Assembly: GCA_031372565.1 (NCBI GenBank) | Contig: JANMLN010000054.1 | Location: 32,001-96,000 of the forward strand | DNA length: 64,000 nt | Direction of reading: 5' to 3' | Source of the DNA: Gemmatimonadota bacterium | Lineage (GTDB): Bacteria; Gemmatimonadota; Gemmatimonadetes; Gemmatimonadales; Gemmatimonadaceae | Shown: piece after piece, positions 51,301 to 61,040 of the stretch | How the letters are laid out: every line of letters starts with the position of its first letter | How positions within the stretch are numbered: position 1 is the first letter of the stretch | Translations under genes and position numbers: made by a program | The notes under the pieces: generated by a model | What the model was told of the DNA's origin: nothing | The model's input: the letters and a program-made list of their open reading frames with translations, nothing else | The model's database searches: none

Positions 51301-51419
51301 CTGGCTGGCGGCACGGCGCTCGCCGGGCGCGTGGCCGCTCGCTGCGCCTGGTGCGTTGACGGCAGCAACAACGTGAGGAGCAGCCCTGCGGAATGCCTGG
51401 CGATCGGTGTGAACTTCAC
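48375..51419 (-). CDS. VPS10/BNR-repeat exported glycosyl hydrolase-like protein
   Basis: GTG start, signal peptide, R..GP.RGGR, many S.D.G.TW Asp-boxes, LL.AGTE.G, T.GRSFW.LDD. Confidence 0.88.
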   Translation of the reverse strand: MKFTPIARHSAGLLLTLLLPSTHQAQRAATRPASAVPPASVDSALFGGMRYRMVGPFRGGRATAVTGVASQPHLFYMGTTGGGVWKSDDAGTHWTPITDRYLDNGNIGAIDVADSDPNTIYVGTGSASIRGNVSTGTGVWKSIDAGRSWRFVGLREAGAIGKLVVHPANPDEVFVAALGHPFGRNSERGIFRTRDGGTTWQHVLALNDSTGGVSIVMSPDDPRELWAGMWRAERKPWTLISGGPEGGLYRSRDGGDSWTKVGGGLPTGMVGKVQVTQSPADPSRLWVLIEAEPDGGLYRSDDRGTTWTRVNSESRVRGRPFYYGHVRADPRNRDRVYVLNVAALRSEDAGARFDVVPVPHGDVHDIWINPVNPSIFAVSDDGGTTVTLNDGRTFSSMYNQPTAELYDVQVDNQYPYRIYGSQQDNTAISVLQRRLHNSLRPQQEWGYGAGCETGPVAVHPDHPGTIWGGCYGGAINRYELATDTRISVKGWPEATSLAPAEMTNRWQWVAPIVVSPLEPRTLYHASQYLYRSRDGGTAWTRMSPDLTTNDPTFQQWPGGPITPDHTGVEVFTTIFAVAPSLTDTRTIWVGTDDGLVQITRDDGATWRKITPPGMPARGTVNRITLSPHAPGRAFVTVQRYREDDFTPYVFRTDDFGATWRRIADGTNGIPARHFVRVVREDDVQRGLLYAGTEFGAYVSFDDGVRWQPLQLNLPVTPVTDMKVHRGDLVLSTQGRSFWVLDDLTPLREVARDRAVAVRLYTPRPAARGTVGEPLREVDLTKPDDLPDGALINFVLPSAAKRVGVEIMDSLNAVVRRFDSDSAAARANGTAKLRSSAGFQRVEWDLRTEGPRNGTSGFSGEGVKLPPGRYAVRLTADSVVRTRTLTIIGNPAAPSITQADYDAQFRSARAVRDTITAINEIVAAIRALPAAQRDSMSAIERALVARATPPSTVAPARLLAHYGALYNALVGDGGYGSGSAEGRPLAGVLARKVDLEAQWLVLRRQYSRALGGAVP

Positions 51420-51610
51420 GGTGAGTCCCCGGTGGGTCTGGCGCGCTGAATCGGTCGGTTGACGCGTCGAGGATGTTGCGTCAGAACGTCCCGTCGCGCA
51501 ACGGGACGGCGATGGTGTACACTGGCGTGAGGGGTGGTAGCGGAGCGCCGGCGCCACCCCATCGACGCACCATAGCGACCAACGCGACCCGCTAGCTTTG
51601 CCTCTCGACC

Positions 51611-53404
51611 ATGCCTCGCGATCCCCTCAGCATCCTCCAGTCCGTCTTCGGCTATCCGGCCTTTCGTGGCCATCAAGCCGAGGTGATTGATCACGTCACC
51701 GGCGGCGGCGACGCGCTGGTGCTGATGCCGACCGGCAGCGGCAAGTCGCTCTGTTATCAGGTGCCGTCGCTGGTGCGCGACGGCGTCGGGGTGATCATCT
51801 CCCCCCTCATCGCGCTCATGCAGGACCAGGTCGCCGCGCTCGCCGAGCTGGGAGTGAAAGCGGCGTTCCTGAACTCGACCCTGAGCGCCGCCGACGCGGC
51901 GCGCACCGAACAGATGGTGCGCAACGGCGAGCTCGACATGGTGTACATCGCGCCCGAGCGGCTGCTGACCGAGCGGTGCCTGTCGCTGCTGGAGCGCAGC
52001 CCGATCGCCCTGTTTGCCATCGACGAAGCGCATTGCGTCTCGCAGTGGGGGCACGACTTTCGCCCGGAGTACATCCAGCTCTCGGTGCTGCACGAGCGGT
52101 TTCCGCAGGTGCCGCGCATCGCGCTCACGGCCACGGCCGACCGCCAGACGCGCGCCGAGATCGTGCTGCGCCTCCAGTTGGAAGGTGCACGGATCTTCCG
52201 CACGAGCGTGGATCGGCCGAACATCCGCTATCGCGTGATCGAGAAGCAGACCGCCCGCACGCAGCTCCTGCATTTCTTGCGCACCGAGCACGACGGCGAC
52301 GCCGGCATCGTGTACTGCCTCTCGCGCAAGAAGGTGGACGAGACCGCGCAGTACCTGGTGACGCAGGGCATCACCGCCCTGCCGTACCATGCCGGCATGA
52401 GCGCCGATGCGCGACAGAAGCATCAGGCCCGGTTCCAGCGCGAAGATGGCGTGGTCATGGTCGCGACCATCGCGTTCGGCATGGGTATCGACAAGCCCGA
52501 TGTGCGCTTCGTGGCGCATCTCGATCTGCCAAAGAGCCTCGAGGGCTACTATCAGGAGACCGGACGAGCCGGACGTGACGGACTGCCGGCCAACGCCTGG
52601 ATGGCGTACGGGCTGCAGGACGTCGTCCAGCTGCGCCGCATGATCGAGGAGTCGGAGGCGGACGCCGAGTACAAGCGCGTGCAGGTCGCCAAGCTCGACG
52701 CGATGCTTGCCTTCTGCGAAAACACCGACTGCCGGCGCGTGCGCCTGCTCGCCTACTTCGGTGAGCAGGGAGCGCCCTGCAACAACTGTGACACCTGCCT
52801 CACGCCGCCGTCGTCAGTCGACGGCACCGTCCCGATGCAGCAGCTGCTCTCCTGCATCGCGCGCACGGGGCAGCGCTTTGGCGCGATGCATGTCATCGAT
52901 GTCCTGCTCGGCGCCGAAACGGACAAGGTGCTGCACTGGCGTCACACGGAGCTGAGCACCTTCGGCATCGGGCGCGAACGCTCGGCGCAAGAATGGCGCG
53001 CGATCATCCGGCAGGGGATTGCGGGTGGCCTGATCATGGTGGATCACGAGCAGTACGGCGGACTGCGCCTCACGGCGGCGAGCCGAGACGTGCTCAAGGG
53101 CGCGCAACGCGTACCACTGCGCGAATGGCGGAAAGCCGAGCGCGTGAAGAAGGCCAAGCCCACCGCGGTCGTGGCCGATGACGTGTCGTCGGATGACGTG
53201 GCGCTGTTCGATCAGCTGCGAGCGTGGCGCCGCGACACCGCGCTCGCCCATGGCGTGCCGGCCTACGTGATCTTCCACGACGCGACGCTCAAGGAGATCG
53301 CCCGTGTCCGGCCCTCGAACCTGGCCGAACTGCGCGGCATTGCCGGCGTCGGCGAGCGCAAGCTCGAGGCCTACGGATCCGAGATCGTCGACATGCTGGC
53401 GTAG
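51611..53404 (+). CDS. recQ: ATP-dependent DNA helicase RecQ
   Basis: [55 protein letters not shown], Zn cysteines, RQC and HRDC domains. Confidence 0.97.
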   Translation: MPRDPLSILQSVFGYPAFRGHQAEVIDHVTGGGDALVLMPTGSGKSLCYQVPSLVRDGVGVIISPLIALMQDQVAALAELGVKAAFLNSTLSAADAARTEQMVRNGELDMVYIAPERLLTERCLSLLERSPIALFAIDEAHCVSQWGHDFRPEYIQLSVLHERFPQVPRIALTATADRQTRAEIVLRLQLEGARIFRTSVDRPNIRYRVIEKQTARTQLLHFLRTEHDGDAGIVYCLSRKKVDETAQYLVTQGITALPYHAGMSADARQKHQARFQREDGVVMVATIAFGMGIDKPDVRFVAHLDLPKSLEGYYQETGRAGRDGLPANAWMAYGLQDVVQLRRMIEESEADAEYKRVQVAKLDAMLAFCENTDCRRVRLLAYFGEQGAPCNNCDTCLTPPSSVDGTVPMQQLLSCIARTGQRFGAMHVIDVLLGAETDKVLHWRHTELSTFGIGRERSAQEWRAIIRQGIAGGLIMVDHEQYGGLRLTAASRDVLKGAQRVPLREWRKAERVKKAKPTAVVADDVSSDDVALFDQLRAWRRDTALAHGVPAYVIFHDATLKEIARVRPSNLAELRGIAGVGERKLEAYGSEIVDMLA

Positions 53405-53420
53405 GTCAGGGCGCGCTCCA

Positions 53421-54980
53421 TCACCGCCGGTTCAGCTTCGCTCCGTTCACGAACGTTGCGATGTCGCGCGAGAGCGCCTTGAGCAGCTCCGGGTGGATGT
53501 ACATCATGTGCCCCCCTTCGTAGTACTTGAGGCTCACGCGGTCCTTGTACGTGTCCTCGAACCCGAGATGTGCGAAGGTGTGCTCGGTGGCCGCGAACGG
53601 CGTCGCCATGTCATAGTAGCCGTTGGCCACCATCACCTTGAGGAACGGGTTGCGAGCCATCGCCTGACGCAGCTCGTTCACCAGGTTCAGGTAGCGATTG
53701 TTGTACGGCGCGTAGTTCCACGGCTGCACCTGCCCCGACGTGTAGTACGGCAGGTCGGTCTCCCACTTGAGCTCGTCGCGGATGTAGTGCGAGAAGAGCG
53801 CGGTGTACGGCCCCGCGAGCGCATCGTTCGACGGGTCGGATTCCTGGAACTCCCCGGCATCATCGGCATCGAGCCCGGTGTAGCGCCCGTCGAGCCGCCC
53901 CACGTGCACCCCGCGGTCGCGCAGCAGCTCCTTCCGGAACCGCGGGTCGCTCACGCGAAGGTTGGCCCGCAACACGAATTCGGTCGACAGCCCCGACAAG
54001 CGCGCCACCTTCTGCGCCATCGCCTGTCGTTCGGTCGCGCTCAGCGCGTTCCCCCGGTTGAGCGCAGTCAGATACTCTCCGAACGCGAAGGCACGCGACT
54101 CCGCCACCGCCTTCTTGAGGTCGCCCTGCAGCTCCGGCGGCAGCTTCTTGTGATACCAGGCGATGGCCGTGTACGACGGGAGGAAGTTCGCGTAGGGCAG
54201 GTCGTGCCCCGCCGCGTACCCCTTGGACAGATAGTCGAGAATCGACGACACCAGCACGATGCCGTTCAGCTCCACACCGTGACGCGACTGCAGCACCTCG
54301 GCCAGCCCCGCCGAGCGCATGGTGCCGTAGCTCTCTCCCAGCAGGAACTTCGGCGAAGGCCACCGCTTGAACTTGGTCAGGTAGAGCCGGATGAACTCCG
54401 CCACCGACTCGATGTCGCCGGTCACCCCGGTGAACTGCTTCGGGTCTTCCCCCTCAGCGGCGCGCGAGTACCCCGTCTGTACCGGATCAATCATCACGAT
54501 GTCGGTGACGTCGAGCGGCGATTCGTTGTTGTTCACCAGTTCGTACGGCGGCCCCGGCTGGAACCCCTCGGCGGCCATCTTCACCCGCTTGGGGCCCATG
54601 AGCCCCATGTGCAGCCAGATGGACGGCGACCCCGGGCCGCCGTTGTACGAGAAGGTGATCGGGCGCGTTCCCACATCCTGAGCGTCGCGCGTGTACGCCA
54701 CGAAGAAGAAGTGGCCGCGTGCCTTCCCGTTGGGGTGCCGCAGCACGAGCGTGCCGGTGGTGGCCGTGTAGCGGACGTCGGCGCCGTCGATCTTCATCAC
54801 GTGCGCGGTGGTGACGATCCGGTCGTCGGCACCGAGGGGCGATGCCGCCGGCATGCTCGCCGACTGGGACGTCGATGCCGCGGTTGGCTGGCGCGGTGCG
54901 GCGGTCGGTGCCTGCGCGTTCACGACCGAGAGGCTCAGAACGGTCGTCAGCAGTGCGAGGGCGTTGCGGAGAGGTGTCAT
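53421..54980 (-). CDS. S10 family serine carboxypeptidase, exported
   Basis: NGGPGS, IDPV.TGYS, GESYG, GYYD.ATP, YEGGHM. Start MTPLRN with signal peptide. Confidence 0.92.
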   Translation of the reverse strand: MTPLRNALALLTTVLSLSVVNAQAPTAAPRQPTAASTSQSASMPAASPLGADDRIVTTAHVMKIDGADVRYTATTGTLVLRHPNGKARGHFFFVAYTRDAQDVGTRPITFSYNGGPGSPSIWLHMGLMGPKRVKMAAEGFQPGPPYELVNNNESPLDVTDIVMIDPVQTGYSRAAEGEDPKQFTGVTGDIESVAEFIRLYLTKFKRWPSPKFLLGESYGTMRSAGLAEVLQSRHGVELNGIVLVSSILDYLSKGYAAGHDLPYANFLPSYTAIAWYHKKLPPELQGDLKKAVAESRAFAFGEYLTALNRGNALSATERQAMAQKVARLSGLSTEFVLRANLRVSDPRFRKELLRDRGVHVGRLDGRYTGLDADDAGEFQESDPSNDALAGPYTALFSHYIRDELKWETDLPYYTSGQVQPWNYAPYNNRYLNLVNELRQAMARNPFLKVMVANGYYDMATPFAATEHTFAHLGFEDTYKDRVSLKYYEGGHMMYIHPELLKALSRDIATFVNGAKLNRR

Positions 54981-55005
54981 TGAACCGGATGGTGACCGCG
55001 CGCCG

Positions 55006-58000
55006 TCACCCCTTGAAGGTGGCCTTCCGCAGCCGCTCGATGCGGCCGCGCACATCGCGCACCACAACCTGCAGCTCGGGGTCTGCGTTCTTGTAGAGCT
55101 CCACGAACGCCTCGTAGTGCTCGAGCGCCTTGAGCGGCTTCCCCTTGGCCTCGTACAGCTCGCCGAGCTTCTGGTGGCTGCGCGCGGTCTCGTAGACTCC
55201 CGTGCTGAAGGTGCGCACGAACCCCGGCGTCGCGAGGTACGCTTCGAGCGTCGCGATGGCCGAATCGGGTTGATTGAGCTTCTGGTACGCGCTGGCGACA
55301 TCGGGTCCGAAGCGCTGTATCCCGGCTGCCTTGAAGCGCGTCATCCCGTCCTTCCACAGGCGGAGTGCTTCGTCTGTCCGGCCCGCGGCCATGGCGCTGG
55401 CGCCGCGCACTTCGGCCAGTCTGACTTCGTCAAACAGACGATTCGATTCCGTGGTGCGGCGCTCGAGGTCACGCGTGAACGCGTTGGCCTGTTCGGTGAG
55501 ACCCAGCGCAAACAGGTCCCTCGCCCAATCGCCGTAGCGTCGATCTGCCGCGGGCATCGAAGCGGGAGGGTTGGCACGGAGCGCGGCGAGCGCGGCGGCG
55601 CGAGCGCCCTGCACGTCGCCGAGCAGCAACGCGCGCGCCGCTGCATCTCCGAGTGCGCTCCCCAGCCGATCCACCGGCACTCCCCCCTGCCGGTCGGCGC
55701 TGTCGACCTCGGCGTAGGCCGCGATCCCGGCCCGCACGCGTCCCTGCGTGAGGTGGCTGGCCGCGAGCACGCGCATGGCCCGACTCACGTCCACCGGCAG
55801 CTTGGCGGTCGTGCGCAAGGAGAGCCGCGTGATCGAATCCGCGTCCGCGTAGCGTCCCTGATCCAGCGCGATCCAGCCCCGAAATCCCATCGGCTGCGCA
55901 TTCTGGGGCCCGAGCGCCAGCTGCGACGAATCCTGCAGTGCCAGCGCCTCGGCCGCTCGCCCCTGCTCGAGCAGGATACGCGTGAGGTTGAGCCAGCCGG
56001 TCTGGATGCCGGGCTCGACCCGGATCGCCCGACGCAGCAGCGGCTCGGCCTGCTTCCATTCGCCTTGCCGCATGAACAGCACGGCCAGGTTGTTGGAGGC
56101 CGGGAAGAACAGCGTGTCACGTTCGACCAGCGTCTCGAGCGCCATCGCGGCTTGTCGCAGGTCTTCGCGCGGGCCACTGGTGAAGTACGAGGCTTCCGTG
56201 AGCAGCCGCTCCGACTCGCTCAGCCGATCGCGCGACTGGTAGGCCTTGGTCAGCAGCCGGGAGATCTCCTCCTGCGACCCGCGCTCGTTGCTGAGCGTGA
56301 CCGCCAGCTTGCGATACGCCGACGCGAAGCCGCTGTCCAGGCGGATCGCCTCGGTGAGATAGCTCCGCGCCGCCACGATGTCGCGTCGCTCCTCGGCGGC
56401 GCGCATGCCCTGCACGTAGAACTTGAGCGCCTCGACACTCGCCGTGGTGACCCGCTCCAGGGGCTTCGCATCGCGAATGTCCTTGAAGGAGTCGCCCACC
56501 CGCTCGCGGAGCGCGCGCGACAGCCGCTCGACGGCGGGGAGCAGATCGTTCGACGTCGCGGCCGTCTCGCGGAACGCGCCCAGCTCCTCGCCCGTCTGCG
56601 TGGTCACGAGCCGTGCGGCCACCACGTAGCCGTTCCCCAGTTGCACGATCTCGCCATCGACGATCGCCTTGATCCCTTCGCGCGTGGCGACCTCGCGCGC
56701 GAGCGGGAGGTCCACGCCCACGTCCACCGGGCGGCGCATGAGGCGCAACACATCGCGCACGTTGGCGCGCGAGAGCACGCGCATCGATCGCGACTGGGCA
56801 AGGTCGGCGCGCAGCGCCTCGGTGAGCGTCACGCCGAGTGCGGTATCGGAGGCCGGCGACTTGAAGTCGGCGAGGATCAGGCGCGTGTTCCGCTCGAGTT
56901 CGCCCCGGCCGATCAGCGAGCCGGCCGGGCCGATGCCATAGGCACGGGCCACCATGAAGCCGCCGACCCCCACCACGAAGAGCCCCACTGCGATCGCCCC
57001 GCCCAGCGCGGTCCGGCGCCAGGAGAGGTGCGGGCTCGCCTTGACTGCCATCGTGTGGAGCGTGCCGTGCGCCTGCTGTCCTCCGCCGGGGGTGAACGCC
57101 GGCGTCATCGTGAACTGCCGATACGCGATGCGCTGCGCGTACCAGGTGAACAGGATGACCGGGAGCCCCAACAACATGACGCCCCCCGCCATCGGCATCG
57201 CCCACTTCGGCAGGCCTACGCTGATGCTCGCGGCCCAGACGACGAACAGGACGAGGGCCGTGCTCGCAGCCCAGAGGCCGAGCGCCCGGCCCACCGGCAC
57301 GCGCCCGCCCTGCAGAATGACCGGCGCCGCGACACCGGCTCCCGAGCTCAGCACCGAGTCGAGCACGCGCACGATGTCGGTTGCCTGATTCGGCCGGTCG
57401 CTCGGCCCCTTCTCGAGGCAGGCCATGACGACCTTTGCCAGCGGAGCGGGCACATCGGGGCGCAGCTGCTCGATCGGACGCGGCCGTTCGCTGAGCGCGG
57501 CGGCGAGCATCTTGGCCGGGCTGCGTCCGGCAAAAGGGGCGGCGCCGGTGAGCATCTCGTAGGCCATGGCGCCGTAGGCGTAGAGATCGGCGTGATGGTC
57601 CACATCGGGGTCGCCGGCCGCCTGCTCGGGGGCCATGTAGGCGGGGGTGCCGATGGACATCCCGGTGCCCGTCAGCGCGCCGCTGCCCGCCGTCGTCCGG
57701 GCAGCCGAGATGGCCTTGGCGATGCCGAAGTCGGTGACCGTGGCGCTCCCCTCGGAGAGGAGCACGTTGTCGGGCTTGATGTCGCGATGCACCACGCCGC
57801 GCGCGTGCGCGAAGGCGAGGCCGCGCGCCACATCGCGCAGGATGCCGATCGTTTCGCCGATCCCGAGCGCGCCCTCGGCGAGCCGCTGCCGCAGCGACAA
57901 CCCTTCCACGAACGGCATCGTGAACCACGGGAGCCCGTCGGCGTCACCCGTGGCGAGCACCGGCACCACATGGGGGTGCTGCAGCGACGCGGCGAGCATG

Positions 58001-58194
58001 ACCTCGCGCTTGAACCGCTCGACACTGACGCCGGCGAGCAGCTCGGGGGCGAGCACCTTGACGACCACGCGCCGATTGAGGGCCCGCTCGGTGGCGACGA
58101 AGGTGCGCGACATCCCGCCGCCGCCCAACTCGGCACCGATGTCGTGCGTGGCGCCGAGGGCGGCCACAAGGTGGGATCGGACGTCGTCGAGCAA
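55006..58194 (-). CDS. Membrane Ser/Thr protein kinase with C-terminal TPR region
   Basis: LG.GGMS, VVVK, HRDIKPDN, DFGIAK, GTPAYMAPE, about 3 TM segments, TPR-like helices. Confidence 0.92.
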   Translation of the reverse strand: MLDDVRSHLVAALGATHDIGAELGGGGMSRTFVATERALNRRVVVKVLAPELLAGVSVERFKREVMLAASLQHPHVVPVLATGDADGLPWFTMPFVEGLSLRQRLAEGALGIGETIGILRDVARGLAFAHARGVVHRDIKPDNVLLSEGSATVTDFGIAKAISAARTTAGSGALTGTGMSIGTPAYMAPEQAAGDPDVDHHADLYAYGAMAYEMLTGAAPFAGRSPAKMLAAALSERPRPIEQLRPDVPAPLAKVVMACLEKGPSDRPNQATDIVRVLDSVLSSGAGVAAPVILQGGRVPVGRALGLWAASTALVLFVVWAASISVGLPKWAMPMAGGVMLLGLPVILFTWYAQRIAYRQFTMTPAFTPGGGQQAHGTLHTMAVKASPHLSWRRTALGGAIAVGLFVVGVGGFMVARAYGIGPAGSLIGRGELERNTRLILADFKSPASDTALGVTLTEALRADLAQSRSMRVLSRANVRDVLRLMRRPVDVGVDLPLAREVATREGIKAIVDGEIVQLGNGYVVAARLVTTQTGEELGAFRETAATSNDLLPAVERLSRALRERVGDSFKDIRDAKPLERVTTASVEALKFYVQGMRAAEERRDIVAARSYLTEAIRLDSGFASAYRKLAVTLSNERGSQEEISRLLTKAYQSRDRLSESERLLTEASYFTSGPREDLRQAAMALETLVERDTLFFPASNNLAVLFMRQGEWKQAEPLLRRAIRVEPGIQTGWLNLTRILLEQGRAAEALALQDSSQLALGPQNAQPMGFRGWIALDQGRYADADSITRLSLRTTAKLPVDVSRAMRVLAASHLTQGRVRAGIAAYAEVDSADRQGGVPVDRLGSALGDAAARALLLGDVQGARAAALAALRANPPASMPAADRRYGDWARDLFALGLTEQANAFTRDLERRTTESNRLFDEVRLAEVRGASAMAAGRTDEALRLWKDGMTRFKAAGIQRFGPDVASAYQKLNQPDSAIATLEAYLATPGFVRTFSTGVYETARSHQKLGELYEAKGKPLKALEHYEAFVELYKNADPELQVVVRDVRGRIERLRKATFKG

Positions 58195-58417
58195 GGGGGG
58201 ACGAGAGGGGGTCGCGCCGGTGGCCGGCGGGGCGCGCGGGCGCGTCAGCGGGAACGGTAGTCCGATGCGCTGTGGGGCGCCAGCCGCAGCGGGGAGGGGA
58301 TGTGCGCCGCCGCGTCGGGAGGCGCCCGAGGGCCGCTGCGTCGTGCGACCGGCGACCGCGCCCTATACTCGACTGCACCCGCTCGAACGTCCTCTCCTGA
58401 ACAGGAGCAACGCGCCC

Positions 58418-59356
58418 ATGAAATCCATCGTCATCGCGCAACTGGCCCTCGTCTATCTCGCCGCCAGCCCGGCGGTCCGCTCCGGCGCCGCCTTCGACGT
58501 GCGCAACGAGGTGGAGTTCCGCAAGCTCTTCGCCGCCGATGCCAAGGTGACGAAGCTCGCGGGCGGCTTCGGCTTCATCGAAGGGCCGGTCTGGATCCCG
58601 CGTGATGGCGGCTACCTCGTCTTCAGCGATATCCGGAAGAACCAGCTGAACAAGTGGACGCCGAAAGACGGCATCACGACCTTTCGCGAGCCCAGCCGGA
58701 ACGCGAACGGCAACACGCTCGACCGCCAGGGCCGGCTCATCACGGCCGAGCACAGCGGACGCCGCGTGGCGCGCATGCAGCAGGATGGCAGCCTGGTCAC
58801 GATCGTCGACCGGTTCAACGGCAAGAAGCTCAACTCCCCGAACGATGTGGTCGTGAAGTCGGACGGTTCGTTCTGGTTCACGGACCCGCCATACGGCGTG
58901 CCGGACGGCGAGGTCAAGGAACAGCCCGGGAACTACCTGTTTCGTCATGACGACGCGACCGGGACGACCACGCTGCTCGCCGATGATTTCGACATGCCGA
59001 ACGGGCTCTGCTTCTCGCCGGACGAGAAGCGACTCTACGTGGCCGACTCCGGCAAGCCGCATCACATCCGCGTGTTCGACGTCGCCGCCAACGGCACCAT
59101 CCGCAACGGCCGCGTCTTTGCCGTGATCGAGAAAGGGGTGCCGGACGGGATCCGCTGCGACACGAAGGGTCGCGTCTGGTCGAGCACGGGCAACGGCGCG
59201 GATGTCTTTGCACCGGACGGCTCGCTCATCGTGAAGATCAATCTTCCCGAGGCCGCCGCGAACCTCTGCTTCGGCGGCAAAGACGGGATGACCCTCTTCC
59301 TCACCGCGCGCGAAGGGCTCTACGCGGTGCAGATGAAGGTGAAGGGCGCGAAGTGA
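58418..59356 (+). CDS. SMP-30/gluconolactonase/LRE family protein, exported
   Basis: AGGAG RBS; EGPVW, FSDI, NSPND, FTDP.YG, PNG.CFSPD, PDG..CD. Confidence 0.92.
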   Translation: MKSIVIAQLALVYLAASPAVRSGAAFDVRNEVEFRKLFAADAKVTKLAGGFGFIEGPVWIPRDGGYLVFSDIRKNQLNKWTPKDGITTFREPSRNANGNTLDRQGRLITAEHSGRRVARMQQDGSLVTIVDRFNGKKLNSPNDVVVKSDGSFWFTDPPYGVPDGEVKEQPGNYLFRHDDATGTTTLLADDFDMPNGLCFSPDEKRLYVADSGKPHHIRVFDVAANGTIRNGRVFAVIEKGVPDGIRCDTKGRVWSSTGNGADVFAPDGSLIVKINLPEAAANLCFGGKDGMTLFLTAREGLYAVQMKVKGAK

Positions 59357-59368
59357 CGGCGCGCCACG

Positions 59369-59469
59369 GCATCTGTGGATATACGCTCAATTGTTATAGC
59401 TAATCTGATTGTAACAATAGCAATTAGCATAACAAGATGTTGATGCGCTCTGGGTTGCATTACAGGTGC
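59369..59469. repeat. Long AT-rich imperfect inverted repeat
   Basis: Nested pairs GCATCTGT/ACAGGTGC, CGCTCAA/TTGA(T)GCG, TTGTTAT/ATAACAA, GCTAAT/ATTAGC, ATTGT/ACAAT. Confidence 0.7.
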
Positions 59470-59551
59470 AGATGTGAGCAGATATCGGCACACGGAATCT
59501 CCGCGCATGCATAACTGTTATATTTATTCAACATTTCACCTCAGAGCCCAC

Positions 59552-59995
59552 ATGTCCACCACTTCGTTCCGGTCCCTCGCCACTACGGCTGCTGCGTTCG
59601 GCACCCTCTCCTTCGCGGGCGTGCTCGGGGCACAGTCCGCGCGGCCGGCCGAGTTGCGCGCGATCCCCGCAGCGATGGTGCGCACGGCGGCGATGACCCC
59701 GCGCGTGGTCGCCAGCTACGCGTTCCGCACCCAGGCCGCCGATGTCGCGCTCCCGTACCTGGTGACCGTCGCCGATTCGGCCGGCACCCTCGTCGCGCAA
59801 GCCTCGATTCGCGGCCAGACGCGCGACATTCCGATGGAGATCACCGTCCTCGGCCCGGACCTGGTGCTGCAAGGGATGACCGACCACGGCGTGTTGACGG
59901 TCGTCCTCGACGGCCAGCACGAAGGCAGCGGCACGCATGTCGCCCGCGGCCGGTGGACGCTCGGCAAGGACGGCGGCGCGCTGTTCTCGAAGTAG
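59552..59995 (+). CDS. Hypothetical exported protein
   Basis: Signal peptide ending VLGA-Q, then a beta-rich body ending in G.W..G. Confidence 0.7.
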   Translation: MSTTSFRSLATTAAAFGTLSFAGVLGAQSARPAELRAIPAAMVRTAAMTPRVVASYAFRTQAADVALPYLVTVADSAGTLVAQASIRGQTRDIPMEITVLGPDLVLQGMTDHGVLTVVLDGQHEGSGTHVARGRWTLGKDGGALFSK

Positions 59996-60040
59996 GCGCG
60001 GCGTGTGCCGCGCGTCAGGTGAGACGAGTGGCCACCGCCC

Positions 60041-60868
60041 TCAGGGCGTGGCCTCTCGTGGCGGTACCGCGCTCACCGTGAGGCGGTCGGTGCGCTCCCG
60101 CTCCCAGTCACTGACGCGAAAACCGTTCGCCTCGAAGATGTCGCGGATCGCGGTCGGGCTGAGCGGGAAGAACCGATGGAGAATCGGCATCAGCACGGTG
60201 AACGCGCTGTCGCTCAGCACGGTACGCTTCGCGATGCGCGCCAGTTGCGGATTCTCCGACACGGCGACGGTGAACCCGTCGCCATTGTTGACGTGCAGCA
60301 TCACGTGCACGTCGGAGCTGCCGTCGCCGATGTAGACGACGCGATCCGATGCGATGTCGAGGCGTCGACGCAGCCCCTCGATCACCGCCACCTTGCCGTA
60401 GCCGGCCGGCACGCGGCGCACCGAGCGCACCTCACCGGTGTGTTCGTCGAAATCGAGCTCGGTGCCGATGATGTTCTCCGGCGGCACCACGCCGTGCAAC
60501 GCCGCCTCGACGACGAGTCGCGGTGCGGCCGAGACCACGAAGAACTGGAAGCGCGCGTCGTCGTGGCCGCGCGCGAGGAAGTTCACGAGCTGGGGAATCC
60601 CGCTCTTCAGGCGCACGCGCCGCCCCGCCTCGCTCAGGTGCTCGCGCCGCACGCCGCGGAACTCCGGATCGTGGCGAATGAGGTACGCGAGCTCGCCGCC
60701 CTGCTGCACCAGGTTGGTCTCGGCGAGCCCCGCCACCCGCGCCTCGAACCCACGCATGCCCAGCAGCTCGCTCAGCACGACGCCCGAGTCGTTGAAGCTC
60801 AGCGTCTGGTCGAAGTCCGACGCGATCAGGAAGAGGCGCTCGGCAGCCGGTGCGTTCGATTCGGACAT
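60041..60868 (-). CDS. HAD superfamily hydrolase (phosphoserine phosphatase/MtnX-like)
   Basis: DFDQT motif I, VVSA motif II, GK, YIGDG.SD. GAGGGG RBS before MSESN. Confidence 0.88.
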   Translation of the reverse strand: MSESNAPAAERLFLIASDFDQTLSFNDSGVVLSELLGMRGFEARVAGLAETNLVQQGGELAYLIRHDPEFRGVRREHLSEAGRRVRLKSGIPQLVNFLARGHDDARFQFFVVSAAPRLVVEAALHGVVPPENIIGTELDFDEHTGEVRSVRRVPAGYGKVAVIEGLRRRLDIASDRVVYIGDGSSDVHVMLHVNNGDGFTVAVSENPQLARIAKRTVLSDSAFTVLMPILHRFFPLSPTAIRDIFEANGFRVSDWERERTDRLTVSAVPPREATP

Positions 60869-60973
60869 TGCACACCCCTCTAGTTGATATGTCATGTACC
60901 GATTGTTAATATAGCGGGTGGCAGCTCGCGGTGGCAGGCGTTCGGCTTTTCATGGCAGCGTTACAAATAGCAC

Positions 60974-60983
60974 TGTCTGGACA
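60974..60983. promoter_or_regulatory. Candidate GntR-type operator
   Basis: Palindrome TGTC-TG-GACA in the divergent HAD/regulator gap. Confidence 0.3.
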
Positions 60984-61040
60984 CCCGACCTGCCATCCGA
61001 AGCGTCAGCATCCAACCTGACATTGCAGGATGACACGTTC

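Noticed and set aside
54981..55301. Extended N-terminus of the S10 peptidase (similar extensions on pgi, the oxidoreductase alpha subunit and patatin)
   Set aside because: The extensions overlap neighbouring genes; downstream starts fit the family N-termini better.
51611..58194. RecQ plus kinase plus peptidase as an anti-phage system
   Set aside because: RecQ is canonical and convergent with the others, and both other families are common in this type of genome.
57647..58417. N-terminal extension of the gluconolactonase ORF (kinase-overlapping fusion)
   Set aside because: It is antisense to the kinase gene; the real start at 58418 has an RBS and signal peptide.
59374..59382. DnaA-box-like TGTGGATAT next to AT-rich DNA (oriC?)
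   Set aside because: A single mismatched box, with no box cluster and no dnaA/dnaN nearby.
59504..59535. GCATAA...TTATTCAAC as a dif site
   Set aside because: Arms are 9 bp apart and the XerD arm matches poorly.
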